Source: Actinomycetota bacterium
GTDB lineage: Bacteria; Actinomycetota; Actinomycetes; S36-B12; UBA5976
DNA length: 64,000 nt
Assembly (NCBI GenBank): GCA_947452765.1
Contig: CANGDR010000004.1
Coordinates: forward strand, 1,225-65,224
Direction: 5' to 3'
The notes below the pieces were generated by a model. That model ran no database searches, was not told the origin of the DNA, and was given only the letters and a program-made list of their open reading frames with translations. Every line of letters starts with the position of its first letter. The stretch's first letter is position 1. The position numbers and the translations under genes are program-made. This document shows positions 56,872 through 64,000 of this stretch, piece by piece.

Positions 56872-57441
56872 ATGAGCACTGACGAAAACAACGCCACCGA
56901 GACTGGCAAAGGTCGCCCGACACCAAAGCGCAAGGATTCTGAGTCTGCTCGCAAGCAAGGAATCACCGTCCCGAAAGATCCTAAAGCGGCTCGGAAAGCT
57001 GCGCGCGATCGCGATCGCGAAGCAAGGTCCATTGCCCGTGCCGGACTGATGTCAGGTGACACAAAATATTTCCCAGTTCGCGATGCCGGTCCTGTTAGGG
57101 CCCAAGTTCGCGACTACATTGATTCACGTCGGACCGTTGGTGAACTCTTTGTGCCAGTTGCTTTCATAGTTTTGCTACTTGGTCTAGTAAAGAATCCGAC
57201 GTTACAAAAAATTGTTGTGTATGTCTGGACAGTTGTTCTAATACTTGTTGTATTAGATACGATCCTGGTCGGAATTCTGCTAACCACTTCGCTCAAGAAG
57301 TCATTTCCGACAAAGTCGGAGCGAAAAGGATCTGTCTCATACGGCGTTTTACGAGCGCTGCAAATGCGACGTTTTCGCATTCCCCCACCGCGACTTCGTG
57401 CTGGTGGCAAGCCGTTTAAAGTCAAGGCACCAAAGCCGTAA
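56872..57441 (+). CDS. DUF3043-type membrane protein (Rv2206-like)
   Basis: 189 aa from ATG 56872; the ORF-track start at 56728 would overlap glxK. Basic N-terminus with KGRPTPKRKDSE, followed by two TM helices. Confidence 0.75.
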   Translation: MSTDENNATETGKGRPTPKRKDSESARKQGITVPKDPKAARKAARDRDREARSIARAGLMSGDTKYFPVRDAGPVRAQVRDYIDSRRTVGELFVPVAFIVLLLGLVKNPTLQKIVVYVWTVVLILVVLDTILVGILLTTSLKKSFPTKSERKGSVSYGVLRALQMRRFRIPPPRLRAGGKPFKVKAPKP

Positions 57442-57475
57442 CGCTTGGTTGCTAATTCCCTACTAAGGTCGAGTT

Positions 57476-58477
57476 ATGGAATTTAGATACCTTGGTAATA
57501 GCGGTCTACGGATCTCTGAAATTTCTTACGGCAACTGGATCACGCACGCATCCCAGGTCGCGGAAGACACTGCAAAAGCATGTGTATCTGCTGCCTTAGA
57601 TGCTGGCATCACAACATTTGATACCGCAGATGTTTACGCAAACACCGAAGCCGAAGCTGTGCTCGGTCGGGCGCTAGTCGGTCAACGGCGTGAATCTTTA
57701 GAAATCTTCACAAAGGTTTACTTTCCAACCGGTCCCGGTAAGCACAACGACAGTGGTCTATCGCGCAAACACATAATGGAGTCATGCAATGCATCGTTGA
57801 AGCGACTCCAAACTGACTACGTAGATTTGTATCAGGCGCACCGATTCGACTACAACACCCCTCTTGAAGAAACTCTGCGAGCATTCGACGACCTAATTCG
57901 TGCTGGCAAAGTGCATTACATCGGATTTTCGGAGTGGGATTCAACTCAAATTGAAGCTGCAATGACTATTGCAAAAGACATGGGACTTGATCGATTCATT
58001 TCAAGTCAGCCACAGTACTCAATGTTATGGCGAGTAATCGAAACTGAAGTTGACCCAACTTGTCGCAAACATGGCATCGGCCATATTGTTTGGTCCCCAA
58101 TGGCGCAAGGCGTATTGACTGGAAAATACTTGCCGGGTCAACCTTTCCCCGCTGACAGTCGTGCTGCTACCGACAATGGACATTTCTTAGTGAATCGATT
58201 TATCAAAGATGACTTGCTTGAAGCGGTCCAAGAATTGCTTCCAATTGCAGATCAAGCCGGGCTAACTATGGCCCAGTTGGCCGTTGCCTGGGTGCTACAA
58301 AATGACAACGTTTCTTCAGCAATCATTGGCGCTTCACGACCAGAGCAAGTTACCGAGGCTGCTGCTGCTAGCGGTGTGGTCCTTGAGCCGGAAATAATGT
58401 CAGCCATCGATAAGGTTCTTAAAGAAGTAATAAGTAGCGACCCACGCTTAACTGTTTCACCGGAAGGTAGGCCTTAA
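57476..58477 (+). CDS. aldo/keto reductase (Kv-beta-like subfamily)
   Basis: 333 aa with FDTADVY, LQTDYVDLYQAHR and IIGASRPEQ blocks. Confidence 0.88.
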   Translation: MEFRYLGNSGLRISEISYGNWITHASQVAEDTAKACVSAALDAGITTFDTADVYANTEAEAVLGRALVGQRRESLEIFTKVYFPTGPGKHNDSGLSRKHIMESCNASLKRLQTDYVDLYQAHRFDYNTPLEETLRAFDDLIRAGKVHYIGFSEWDSTQIEAAMTIAKDMGLDRFISSQPQYSMLWRVIETEVDPTCRKHGIGHIVWSPMAQGVLTGKYLPGQPFPADSRAATDNGHFLVNRFIKDDLLEAVQELLPIADQAGLTMAQLAVAWVLQNDNVSSAIIGASRPEQVTEAAAASGVVLEPEIMSAIDKVLKEVISSDPRLTVSPEGRP

Positions 58478-58479
58478 AA

Positions 58480-58692
58480 GTGTCTTGGACTTGGATTTAT
58501 CAAAATGCAGATGGCTCGCCAACTTCGAAGCTGCCAGAATCTGCAACCTTGGAATCATTTCCTACGCGTGAGGCTGCCGAGGAATACATTGGTGACACAT
58601 TTCAAGACCTGCTAGATGGTGGAGTTGAAGCTGTGACACTTTACGAAGATGAGAAAGAAGTCTTCGGGCCAATGTTGCTAAGCCCTTCTTAG
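58480..58692 (+). CDS. small acidic hypothetical protein
   Basis: 70 aa; GTG lies 2 nt after the AKR stop (translational coupling). No recognisable motif. Its last codons lie inside the first copy of the 36-nt repeat. Confidence 0.5.
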   Translation: MSWTWIYQNADGSPTSKLPESATLESFPTREAAEEYIGDTFQDLLDGGVEAVTLYEDEKEVFGPMLLSPS

Positions 58693-58770
58693 CAACATCA
58701 ATAAATACAGTTCGTAAGCCCTGCTTAGCAGCATCAATAAGTACCGCTCCTAAGCCCTGCTTAGCAACAT
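58679..58770 (+). repeat. 36-nt direct tandem repeat, about 2.5 copies
   Basis: Copies at 58679-58714, 58715-58750 (30/36 identical) and 58751-58770 (partial). Each contains a (C)TAAGC-CCT-GCTTA(G)-type 5-6 bp inverted repeat. Confidence 0.9.
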
Positions 58771-58960
58771 AGAACCCTGTGCTACAGTCGCATCACCGTG
58801 TTACCAGCGAAGTTCGGTGAAATTCCGACGCTGTCCCGCAACTGTGAAGTGATTTTCGGATCATAAGTCAGGTCGCCTGGGAACGTGGTTTTCGTTAAAA
58901 CTCTCGAGGAAGAGTTCGCCGAACCACACTTTGTGTGTTCCGTCGGATAATTTTTCGACC
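58771..58960 (+). ncRNA. cobalamin (B12) riboswitch
   Basis: The core GAAGTTCGGTGAAATTCCGACGCTGTCCCGCAACTGTGAAG matches the GGTGAAATTCC...CCCGCAACTGT consensus. B12-box-like AAGTCAGGTCGCCTGGGAAC follows downstream. Located directly 5' of a btuF-like gene. Boundaries are approximate. Confidence 0.85.
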
Positions 58961-58976
58961 ACACAAGGAGAACTAA

Positions 58977-59903
58977 ATGTTCAAAAAGCTCCCAGTGGTC
59001 GTGGCAGTAAGCGCACTATTACTTACCGCATGTGGCCAAAATTCCAATACTGCTACGTCTGCAACTCCAGCAGTTGCTAGCTATCCCATGACTATTCAAA
59101 ACAATGGCGCTTCGATAACTTTGGCGGCAAAACCAAAGAGCATAATCTCGCTCTCGCCTAGTGCAACCGAGATGTTATTCGCTATCAATGCTGGTTCCCA
59201 GGTTATTGCGGTAGATGATCAATCAAACTTCCCAGCAGAAGCACCGATCTCTAGTTTGTCTGGTTTCACCCCAAACCTAGAAGCAATAGTCGCCAAGAGC
59301 CCTGATCTTGTTGTAGTCAGTAACGACATTGGCAATATCGTGGCTTCGCTTACTGCAGCCAAAATTCCAGTTTTAGTTGAACCAGCTGCCGTGACGCTTA
59401 CCGATACCTATTCCCAAATCATGGAGCTTGGTAAGGCAACCGGACACAGCCCAGAGGCTGGAAAGCTAGCAGATTCCATGAAGACCGAAATCGCATCGGC
59501 AATTTCATCGCTGCCAAAAACAAAGACTGCAATGACCTACTATCACGAATTGGATAACACACTTTATTCAGTCACTTCGACCACTTTCATTGGTTCGATC
59601 TACAAGTTGGCGGGCTTAACGAACATTGCTGACTCGGCAGCCGATGCATCCGGTGGCTACCCGCAGCTCTCACCAGAATTTATTATTAGTGCAGATCCCA
59701 ACTTGATCTTCCTGGCTGACATAAAGTGCTGCTCTCAAAATCTTGCAGCACTAGCAGCAAGGCCAGGATTTGCTGGGCTATCTGCAGTCAAGAACGGGAA
59801 TGTCGTTGAACTTAATGACGACATCGCGTCGCGCTGGGGTCCAAGGACCGTTGACTTAGTAAAAGCAATAGTTGCGGGCGTAAATAAGGCAACTGTTAAG
59901 TAG
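58977..59903 (+). CDS. btuF: ABC transporter periplasmic-binding lipoprotein, cobalamin/siderophore (BtuF) type
   Basis: 308 aa with lipobox LLTACGQ. Class 8 binding-protein layout. Its B12 riboswitch leader supports cobalamin specificity. Confidence 0.8.
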   Translation: MFKKLPVVVAVSALLLTACGQNSNTATSATPAVASYPMTIQNNGASITLAAKPKSIISLSPSATEMLFAINAGSQVIAVDDQSNFPAEAPISSLSGFTPNLEAIVAKSPDLVVVSNDIGNIVASLTAAKIPVLVEPAAVTLTDTYSQIMELGKATGHSPEAGKLADSMKTEIASAISSLPKTKTAMTYYHELDNTLYSVTSTTFIGSIYKLAGLTNIADSAADASGGYPQLSPEFIISADPNLIFLADIKCCSQNLAALAARPGFAGLSAVKNGNVVELNDDIASRWGPRTVDLVKAIVAGVNKATVK

Positions 59904-59905
59904 TC

Positions 59906-60946
59906 ATGATGACTAGAACTACGACAGTGCAAAGGTTGCCACGTTGGGCGTGGCCACTTAGTGCTGTCGTAGTTCTGGTAGCACTAACTCTTGGGGTCAG
60001 TATCGGGGCCGTAAGTATTGCCCCTAGTGCCGTATTCCAGGAAATTACCAGTCACATTTTTAATTTTACTTCGCATCAGACGTCTGCTCAATCGGCGATT
60101 ATCTGGCAACTCAGGCTGCCCCGAGTTTTGTTGGCTTTCGTAGTCGGTTCGATGTTAGCTAGTGCCGGTTGCGCCTATCAGGGTACCTTTCGCAACCCGC
60201 TGGCAGATCCTTACTTGTTAGGTGTGTCTGCGGGTGCCGGCCTCGGAGCAACTATCGCAATTATCAACAGCATTTCTGCACCGCGCTGGCTACTCCCCTT
60301 AGCGGCATTTATTGGTGCCCTTGGTGCAGTTTCTCTTACTTATACTTTGGGAAGATCGGCAATTGCGGGACGCTCTTCGACATCACTGATTCTTGCTGGC
60401 GTGGCTGTCGCAAGCTTGCTTACGGCTCTGCAAACTTTGCTACAACAACAGAACACCGAAAAGATTCGAGAAATATATTCCTGGGTCCTTGGTCGGTTGT
60501 CGACTTCTGGCTGGAGTGACGTTGCCTTGGTTACTCCATATATCGCCCTATGTATTTTGATTTTGCTTAAGTACCGACGCGTGCTTGACGTATTCGCGGT
60601 AGGAGACGATGAAGCACTAACGATGGGTTTGCCAGTCGCTCGTGCTCGCGGAGCAATAATTATTGCTGCCTCATTGGGAACAGCTGCTGCAGTTTCGGTA
60701 ACTGGACTAATTGGTTTTGTTGGAATTATTGTGCCGCATACTTTGCGTTTAATTGTTGGCAATAGCTATCGAATCCTGTTACCACTTTCGGTTATTTATG
60801 GCGGAGTTTTCTTGGTGTTGGCTGACATTATTGCTCGCACTGCTTTGGCGCCACAGGAGATTTCCATCGGTGTTGTTACCGCGCTGTTTGGCGCGCCATT
60901 CTTCCTCTTTGTACTTGGCTCAAGTCGAAATGGATCAATCTCATGA
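59906..60946 (+). CDS. btuC: FecCD-family ABC permease (BtuC-like)
   Basis: 346 aa, about 9-10 TM helices. Blocks typical of FecCD: LRLPRVLLAFVVG and GFVGIIVPH. Confidence 0.85.
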   Translation: MMTRTTTVQRLPRWAWPLSAVVVLVALTLGVSIGAVSIAPSAVFQEITSHIFNFTSHQTSAQSAIIWQLRLPRVLLAFVVGSMLASAGCAYQGTFRNPLADPYLLGVSAGAGLGATIAIINSISAPRWLLPLAAFIGALGAVSLTYTLGRSAIAGRSSTSLILAGVAVASLLTALQTLLQQQNTEKIREIYSWVLGRLSTSGWSDVALVTPYIALCILILLKYRRVLDVFAVGDDEALTMGLPVARARGAIIIAASLGTAAAVSVTGLIGFVGIIVPHTLRLIVGNSYRILLPLSVIYGGVFLVLADIIARTALAPQEISIGVVTALFGAPFFLFVLGSSRNGSIS

Positions 60947-61713
60947 CTCGGCTTGAAGTAACAAACTTGCACGTGAAATTTAATGGCAAAGAAGTTGTAA
61001 AAAACTTTAACATCGACATTTCTGTTGGCGAATGGGTCTGCGTAATTGGGCCAAATGGAGCTGGTAAATCGACTTTACTCCGCGCCCTCGTCGGCATAGT
61101 TAAGTCGACAGGTGAAATAAAAATTGATGGCTCTGACATTTTTTCCCTGTCAGATCGAGATCGGGCGTGCTGGATTGCATACGTAGCACAGGAACCAGTC
61201 ATGCCAAAGGGGATGAAAGTTTTTGACTACGTCCTACTAGGGCGTACCGCGCACCTGCGGATGTTGGCGACTGAATCCAAACTCGACCTTGATATCGCGC
61301 ACTATGTCCTTGCGGAACTTGGACTTTCGGAATTCATAGACCGAGATGTCGCTAATCTTTCCGGCGGTGAGCGGCAGCGAGTTGCGATTGCTCGCGCGCT
61401 AACCCAGGCAAGTCCAATAATTTTATTAGACGAGCCAACCACCGCTCTCGATGTTGGTTACCAGCAGGAGGTTTTAGAACTTATCGATCGCTTGCGGAGT
61501 GAAAAGAAGATTGCGGTGATTTCTACGATGCATGACTTAACAGTCTCGGGTCTCTACCCTGATCGCCTAATGCTCCTCGCTAATGGAGAAGTGGTTAAAT
61601 CTGGTTCAGCAACGGAAGTTTTAACGACAGAAAATATCGCCGAATACTACGGCGCAAAAGTCAAGATCATTTCCGATAATAACGGTCCAATAGTGATCCC
61701 CGAACGGTCCTAA
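60943..61713 (+). CDS. btuD: ABC transporter ATP-binding protein (BtuD/FepC-like)
   Basis: 256 aa. Walker A GPNGAGKST, signature LSGGERQRV, Walker B ILLDEPT. Confidence 0.88.
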   Translation: MTRLEVTNLHVKFNGKEVVKNFNIDISVGEWVCVIGPNGAGKSTLLRALVGIVKSTGEIKIDGSDIFSLSDRDRACWIAYVAQEPVMPKGMKVFDYVLLGRTAHLRMLATESKLDLDIAHYVLAELGLSEFIDRDVANLSGGERQRVAIARALTQASPIILLDEPTTALDVGYQQEVLELIDRLRSEKKIAVISTMHDLTVSGLYPDRLMLLANGEVVKSGSATEVLTTENIAEYYGAKVKIISDNNGPIVIPERS

Positions 61714-61774
61714 AACCCAAATCCCGATGGTGTTCTCTATCGGTATTTCAGCTTAATAAACCGACTCGCCGTAG

Positions 61775-61800
61775 CCGCCTAACTATTAACAGTTAGGCGG
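61775..61800 (+). terminator. hairpin after the btuFCD-like operon
   Basis: Perfect 10-bp stem CCGCCTAACT / AGTTAGGCGG with a 6-nt loop, followed by TTGATATCGTT (a poor T-run). Confidence 0.5.
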
Positions 61801-61880
61801 TTGATATCGTTGAAATTGCTCGCCCGCAGGCGTGCAAATATTTCAACGTCAGTAAGCGACGAAAATAAGGAGTTATCCCA

Positions 61881-62528
61881 ATGAAGAACGCACCAGCACG
61901 ATTGCTCGCCGAATTTCTCGGAGTCTTTTTCCTCTGTCTATTCGGCATCGGCGCAATTACTAATGATGCAGGCTTAACCGGCGTTGCACTTGCACACGGT
62001 TTCGCAATTTTTATTGCAATCAGCGCTTTCGGACACATCTCGGGTGGACATTTCAATCCAGCGGTAACAATTTCATTAGCAGTAACTAAGCGGATCGCCG
62101 CAGTAGATGCAAGTGCCTACATTGTTGCCCAACTTATTGGTGGCGCAGCAGCGGCAGCCGTTGCCAACTTAGTTTTTGGTTCGTTTGCTGGCGTACCTGC
62201 ACTCGGAGACGGCATAAGCGTCACAACTGGAGTAGTCATCGAACTCATCGCAACATTTATTCTGATGATCGTCATCATGGGATCAGCGGTTGACTCCCGC
62301 GGATCCTTCGCAGTCCTGGGTGGGCTGCCAATTGCTATGGCAATAGTTGGCGATATCTACTGGTCTGGACCAGCAACTGGCGCTGCCATGAATCCGGCAC
62401 GTTGGTTTGGCCCGGCACTCGTAGCGGGAGACATGAGTAATGCGATCGTTTGGATTGTCGGTCCAATTGTTGGCGCGCTGCTTGCGGTATTCGTCTATGA
62501 CTTGGTTATGAAACCAGAAACTGTTTAA
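61881..62528 (+). CDS. aqpZ: MIP-family channel (aquaporin Z / glycerol facilitator type)
   Basis: 215 aa with two NPA boxes, HFNPAVT and AMNPARW. Confidence 0.9.
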   Translation: MKNAPARLLAEFLGVFFLCLFGIGAITNDAGLTGVALAHGFAIFIAISAFGHISGGHFNPAVTISLAVTKRIAAVDASAYIVAQLIGGAAAAAVANLVFGSFAGVPALGDGISVTTGVVIELIATFILMIVIMGSAVDSRGSFAVLGGLPIAMAIVGDIYWSGPATGAAMNPARWFGPALVAGDMSNAIVWIVGPIVGALLAVFVYDLVMKPETV

Positions 62529-62535
62529 TGCAAAA

Positions 62536-62575
62536 TAGAAAATCCCCGGTCAAGCTACCGGGGATTTTCTATTTA
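62536..62575. terminator. bidirectional intrinsic terminator between aqpZ and gcvT
   Basis: Perfect 15-bp stem TAGAAAATCCCCGGT / ACCGGGGATTTTCTA with a 6-nt loop. U-rich flanks are available in both orientations. Confidence 0.85.
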
Positions 62576-62578
62576 AAC

Positions 62579-63664
62579 CTATTTTGGTTGTGCATTAACA
62601 AATGGTGGCTTGGTAACTTGTACTTCCAAGTCTCTACCGCGCACATCAATTACTAGTGAATCGCCTTCGTTGATTGACTGTGAAAGCAATGCTAGGGCAA
62701 TTCCCTTTTGCAGCGTCGGAGAAAAAGTGCCGCTCGTTGTCTCCCCTACAATTTCACCATTCAAATTCTTAACTTGCATGTGAGCGCGCGGGATGCCGCG
62801 CCCGGTCGCAGCTAAACCCCAGGCAACTCGTTTTGGTCCGGCTTCCTTTTCGGAAACTAGTGCCGACTTGCCGGCAAAGTTCTCTTTCTTCCAGCCAACT
62901 GCCCAGCCAGTCTTTGCTTGAACTGGTGAAATGTCAGGCGAAATATCTTGGCCATGGAGAACGTAACCCATCTCAGTGCGCAAGGTATCGCGCGCACCTA
63001 AGCCACATGGGAGGATTTCAAAAGCAGAGCCAGCTTCAAGCAGTGCATTCCAAAGTGGAACCAACGCATCGTTTTCGACAACTAGTTCATAGCCATGCTC
63101 ACCGGTATATCCGGTGCGGCAAATCGAAACGGCAAACCCATTCCATGTCGCATCAACAAATGCCATGTATTCATGGTCAGTTGGCAAGCCCAAAGCCTGC
63201 ATTACTTCAATTGATTTAGGACCCTGTACTGCAATGATGCCTTGAGTGAGGTGATTATTTTCAATTTTGATACCAGCCGGTGCAAGTTCTTCCAAGACGC
63301 TCACGACCTCTGCGGCATTTCCAGCATTCGGTATGAATCGAACTTCTTCAGAGCCGACCAAATAAACAATCAAGTCATCGATGATGCCGCCTGCTTCGTT
63401 ACAAAGCATCGAATATTGGGCAGACCCTGGCTGGATTCGATCAATGTCATTTGCGAAAACGCTATTTGCAAATTCGTAAGCACCCGGGCCAAGGATTCGA
63501 ACTTTACCCATATGGGACACATCAAAAATTCCCACTGACGTTCGCACAGCGGTGTGCTCAGCAACCGTTCCTGCGGTGTATTCGATTGGCATATCCCAGC
63601 CACCGAATGGACCCATTTTCGCGCCAAGGGATAGATGAGTGGAATGCAGAGGAACTTCAGCCAT
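62579..63664 (-). CDS. gcvT: glycine cleavage system aminomethyltransferase T
   Basis: 361 aa. [14 protein letters not shown] and FDVSHMG are typical of GcvT. Syntenic with Rv2211c. Confidence 0.95.
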   Translation of the reverse strand: MAEVPLHSTHLSLGAKMGPFGGWDMPIEYTAGTVAEHTAVRTSVGIFDVSHMGKVRILGPGAYEFANSVFANDIDRIQPGSAQYSMLCNEAGGIIDDLIVYLVGSEEVRFIPNAGNAAEVVSVLEELAPAGIKIENNHLTQGIIAVQGPKSIEVMQALGLPTDHEYMAFVDATWNGFAVSICRTGYTGEHGYELVVENDALVPLWNALLEAGSAFEILPCGLGARDTLRTEMGYVLHGQDISPDISPVQAKTGWAVGWKKENFAGKSALVSEKEAGPKRVAWGLAATGRGIPRAHMQVKNLNGEIVGETTSGTFSPTLQKGIALALLSQSINEGDSLVIDVRGRDLEVQVTKPPFVNAQPK

Positions 63665-63666
63665 AT

Positions 63667-63701
63667 GAATACCGTACTAGTACGGTTAGCAGTACGTATT
63701 C
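63667..63701. promoter_or_regulatory. nested palindrome in the gcvT-pepA divergent spacer (candidate operator)
   Basis: Perfect 16-bp palindrome ACCGTACTAGTACGGT (63671-63686), nested within GAATAC...GTATTC (63667-63701). It starts 3 nt from the gcvT start codon. Confidence 0.35.
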
Positions 63702-63749
63702 ACTAGTGTGCAACCTATGTCTTATCGGATTGCGACCGAAGGAGTCCCT

Positions 63750-64000
63750 GTGACCACAAATGCCCAGCCAAAAATTGCCACCCTGTCTTTAAAGCCCGGC
63801 AATCCCCTAACAGCTAAAGCGGATGCCTTAGTTGTGGCAACTACTTCAGATGGCAAATTTTCGATTGTTTCAGAACTACCAAAAGGCGCTGCGGCAAAAC
63901 TTCTAAAAGCGTTACTTGCTGTGAATGCAACTGGGAAAAAGGATGAAGTTGTGCGAATTCCCGCAACTGGGATCGCGGATGCCCAAGTAGTTGTCGCTGT
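63750..64000 (+). CDS. pepA: leucyl aminopeptidase (M17), N-terminal part; runs off the right edge
   Basis: My translation from GTG 63750 (GAAGGAG 5 nt upstream) gives VTTNAQPKIATLSLKPGNPLTAKADALVVATTSDGKFSIVSELPKGAAAKLLKALLAVNATGKKDEVVRIP. This is typical of the M17 N-terminal domain. Syntenic with Rv2213 next to gcvT. Confidence 0.75.
   Translation, partial: MTTNAQPKIATLSLKPGNPLTAKADALVVATTSDGKFSIVSELPKGAAAKLLKALLAVNATGKKDEVVRIPATGIADAQVVVA

Noticed and set aside
58679-58770. Possible CRISPR array
   Set aside because: The repeat has only 2.5 directly abutting copies with no spacers and no cas genes. It is a simple tandem repeat.
63721-63749. ACCGAAGGAG, reminiscent of the glycine-riboswitch ACCGAAGGGGCAA core
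   Set aside because: It lies on the pepA side and not the gcvT side of the spacer. The spacer is too short for an aptamer, and the GAAGGAG is simply the pepA Shine-Dalgarno sequence.
1-64000. Mobile elements, prophage, defence islands, tRNA/rRNA genes
   Set aside because: No transposase, integrase, recombinase, restriction, Cas or toxin-antitoxin-like translations appear in the six-frame track. No spacer is long enough, or shows the cloverleaf-type complementarity, for a tRNA. The window reads as core chromosome plus the carotenoid genes.

Overview
Gene-dense (about 60 CDS), roughly 45-50% GC actinobacterial chromosome segment. Spacers are very short and many start/stop codons overlap. I found no rRNA, tRNA, CRISPR array, transposase, integrase or phage genes. 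All calls rest on reading motifs in the supplied translations and on my own translation of unlisted regions; no searches were run.

Gene order follows two conserved actinobacterial synteny blocks known from Mycobacterium tuberculosis:
- Block 1, minus strand, 1-17381: pnp, rpsO, ribF, truB, nrnA, rbfA, infB, nusA, rimP, proS, a GNAT gene, ispG, rip, dxr.
- Block 2, 25.6-64 kb: idsA/crtE, an mptA-like gene, a PASTA Ser/Thr kinase, aroG, plsC, fadD, a GT87 gene, pimB, trpD, ctaE-qcrCAB, ctaCDF, adoK, erpA, glxK, a DUF3043 gene, gcvT, pepA.

The least ordinary content is a carotenoid gene set threaded through block 2:
- A tightly packed four-gene psi-end tailoring module at 20832-24900: CrtA-like oxygenase, CruF-type hydratase, CrtQ/CruC-type glycosyltransferase and CrtD-like desaturase.
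- crtE and crtI, then crtB, then the heterodimeric cyclase crtYc/crtYd.
Together these predict a myxol- or salinixanthin-like glycosylated xanthophyll. No rhodopsin or blh gene lies in the window.

Other items worth a second look:
- a cobalamin riboswitch in front of a btuFCD-like transporter, preceded by a 36-nt tandem repeat
- a catalytically degenerate FGGY-kinase N-domain relic translationally coupled to a PPi-type phosphofructokinase that carries a G8 tract
- an atypical stand-alone receiver domain
- an orphan barstar-like gene
- a probable ylxR relic between nusA and infB
- a 54-bp in-frame tandem duplication in infB
- several clean intrinsic terminators, one of which corrects the adoK start

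Coordinates of RNA elements and alternative start codons are approximate.
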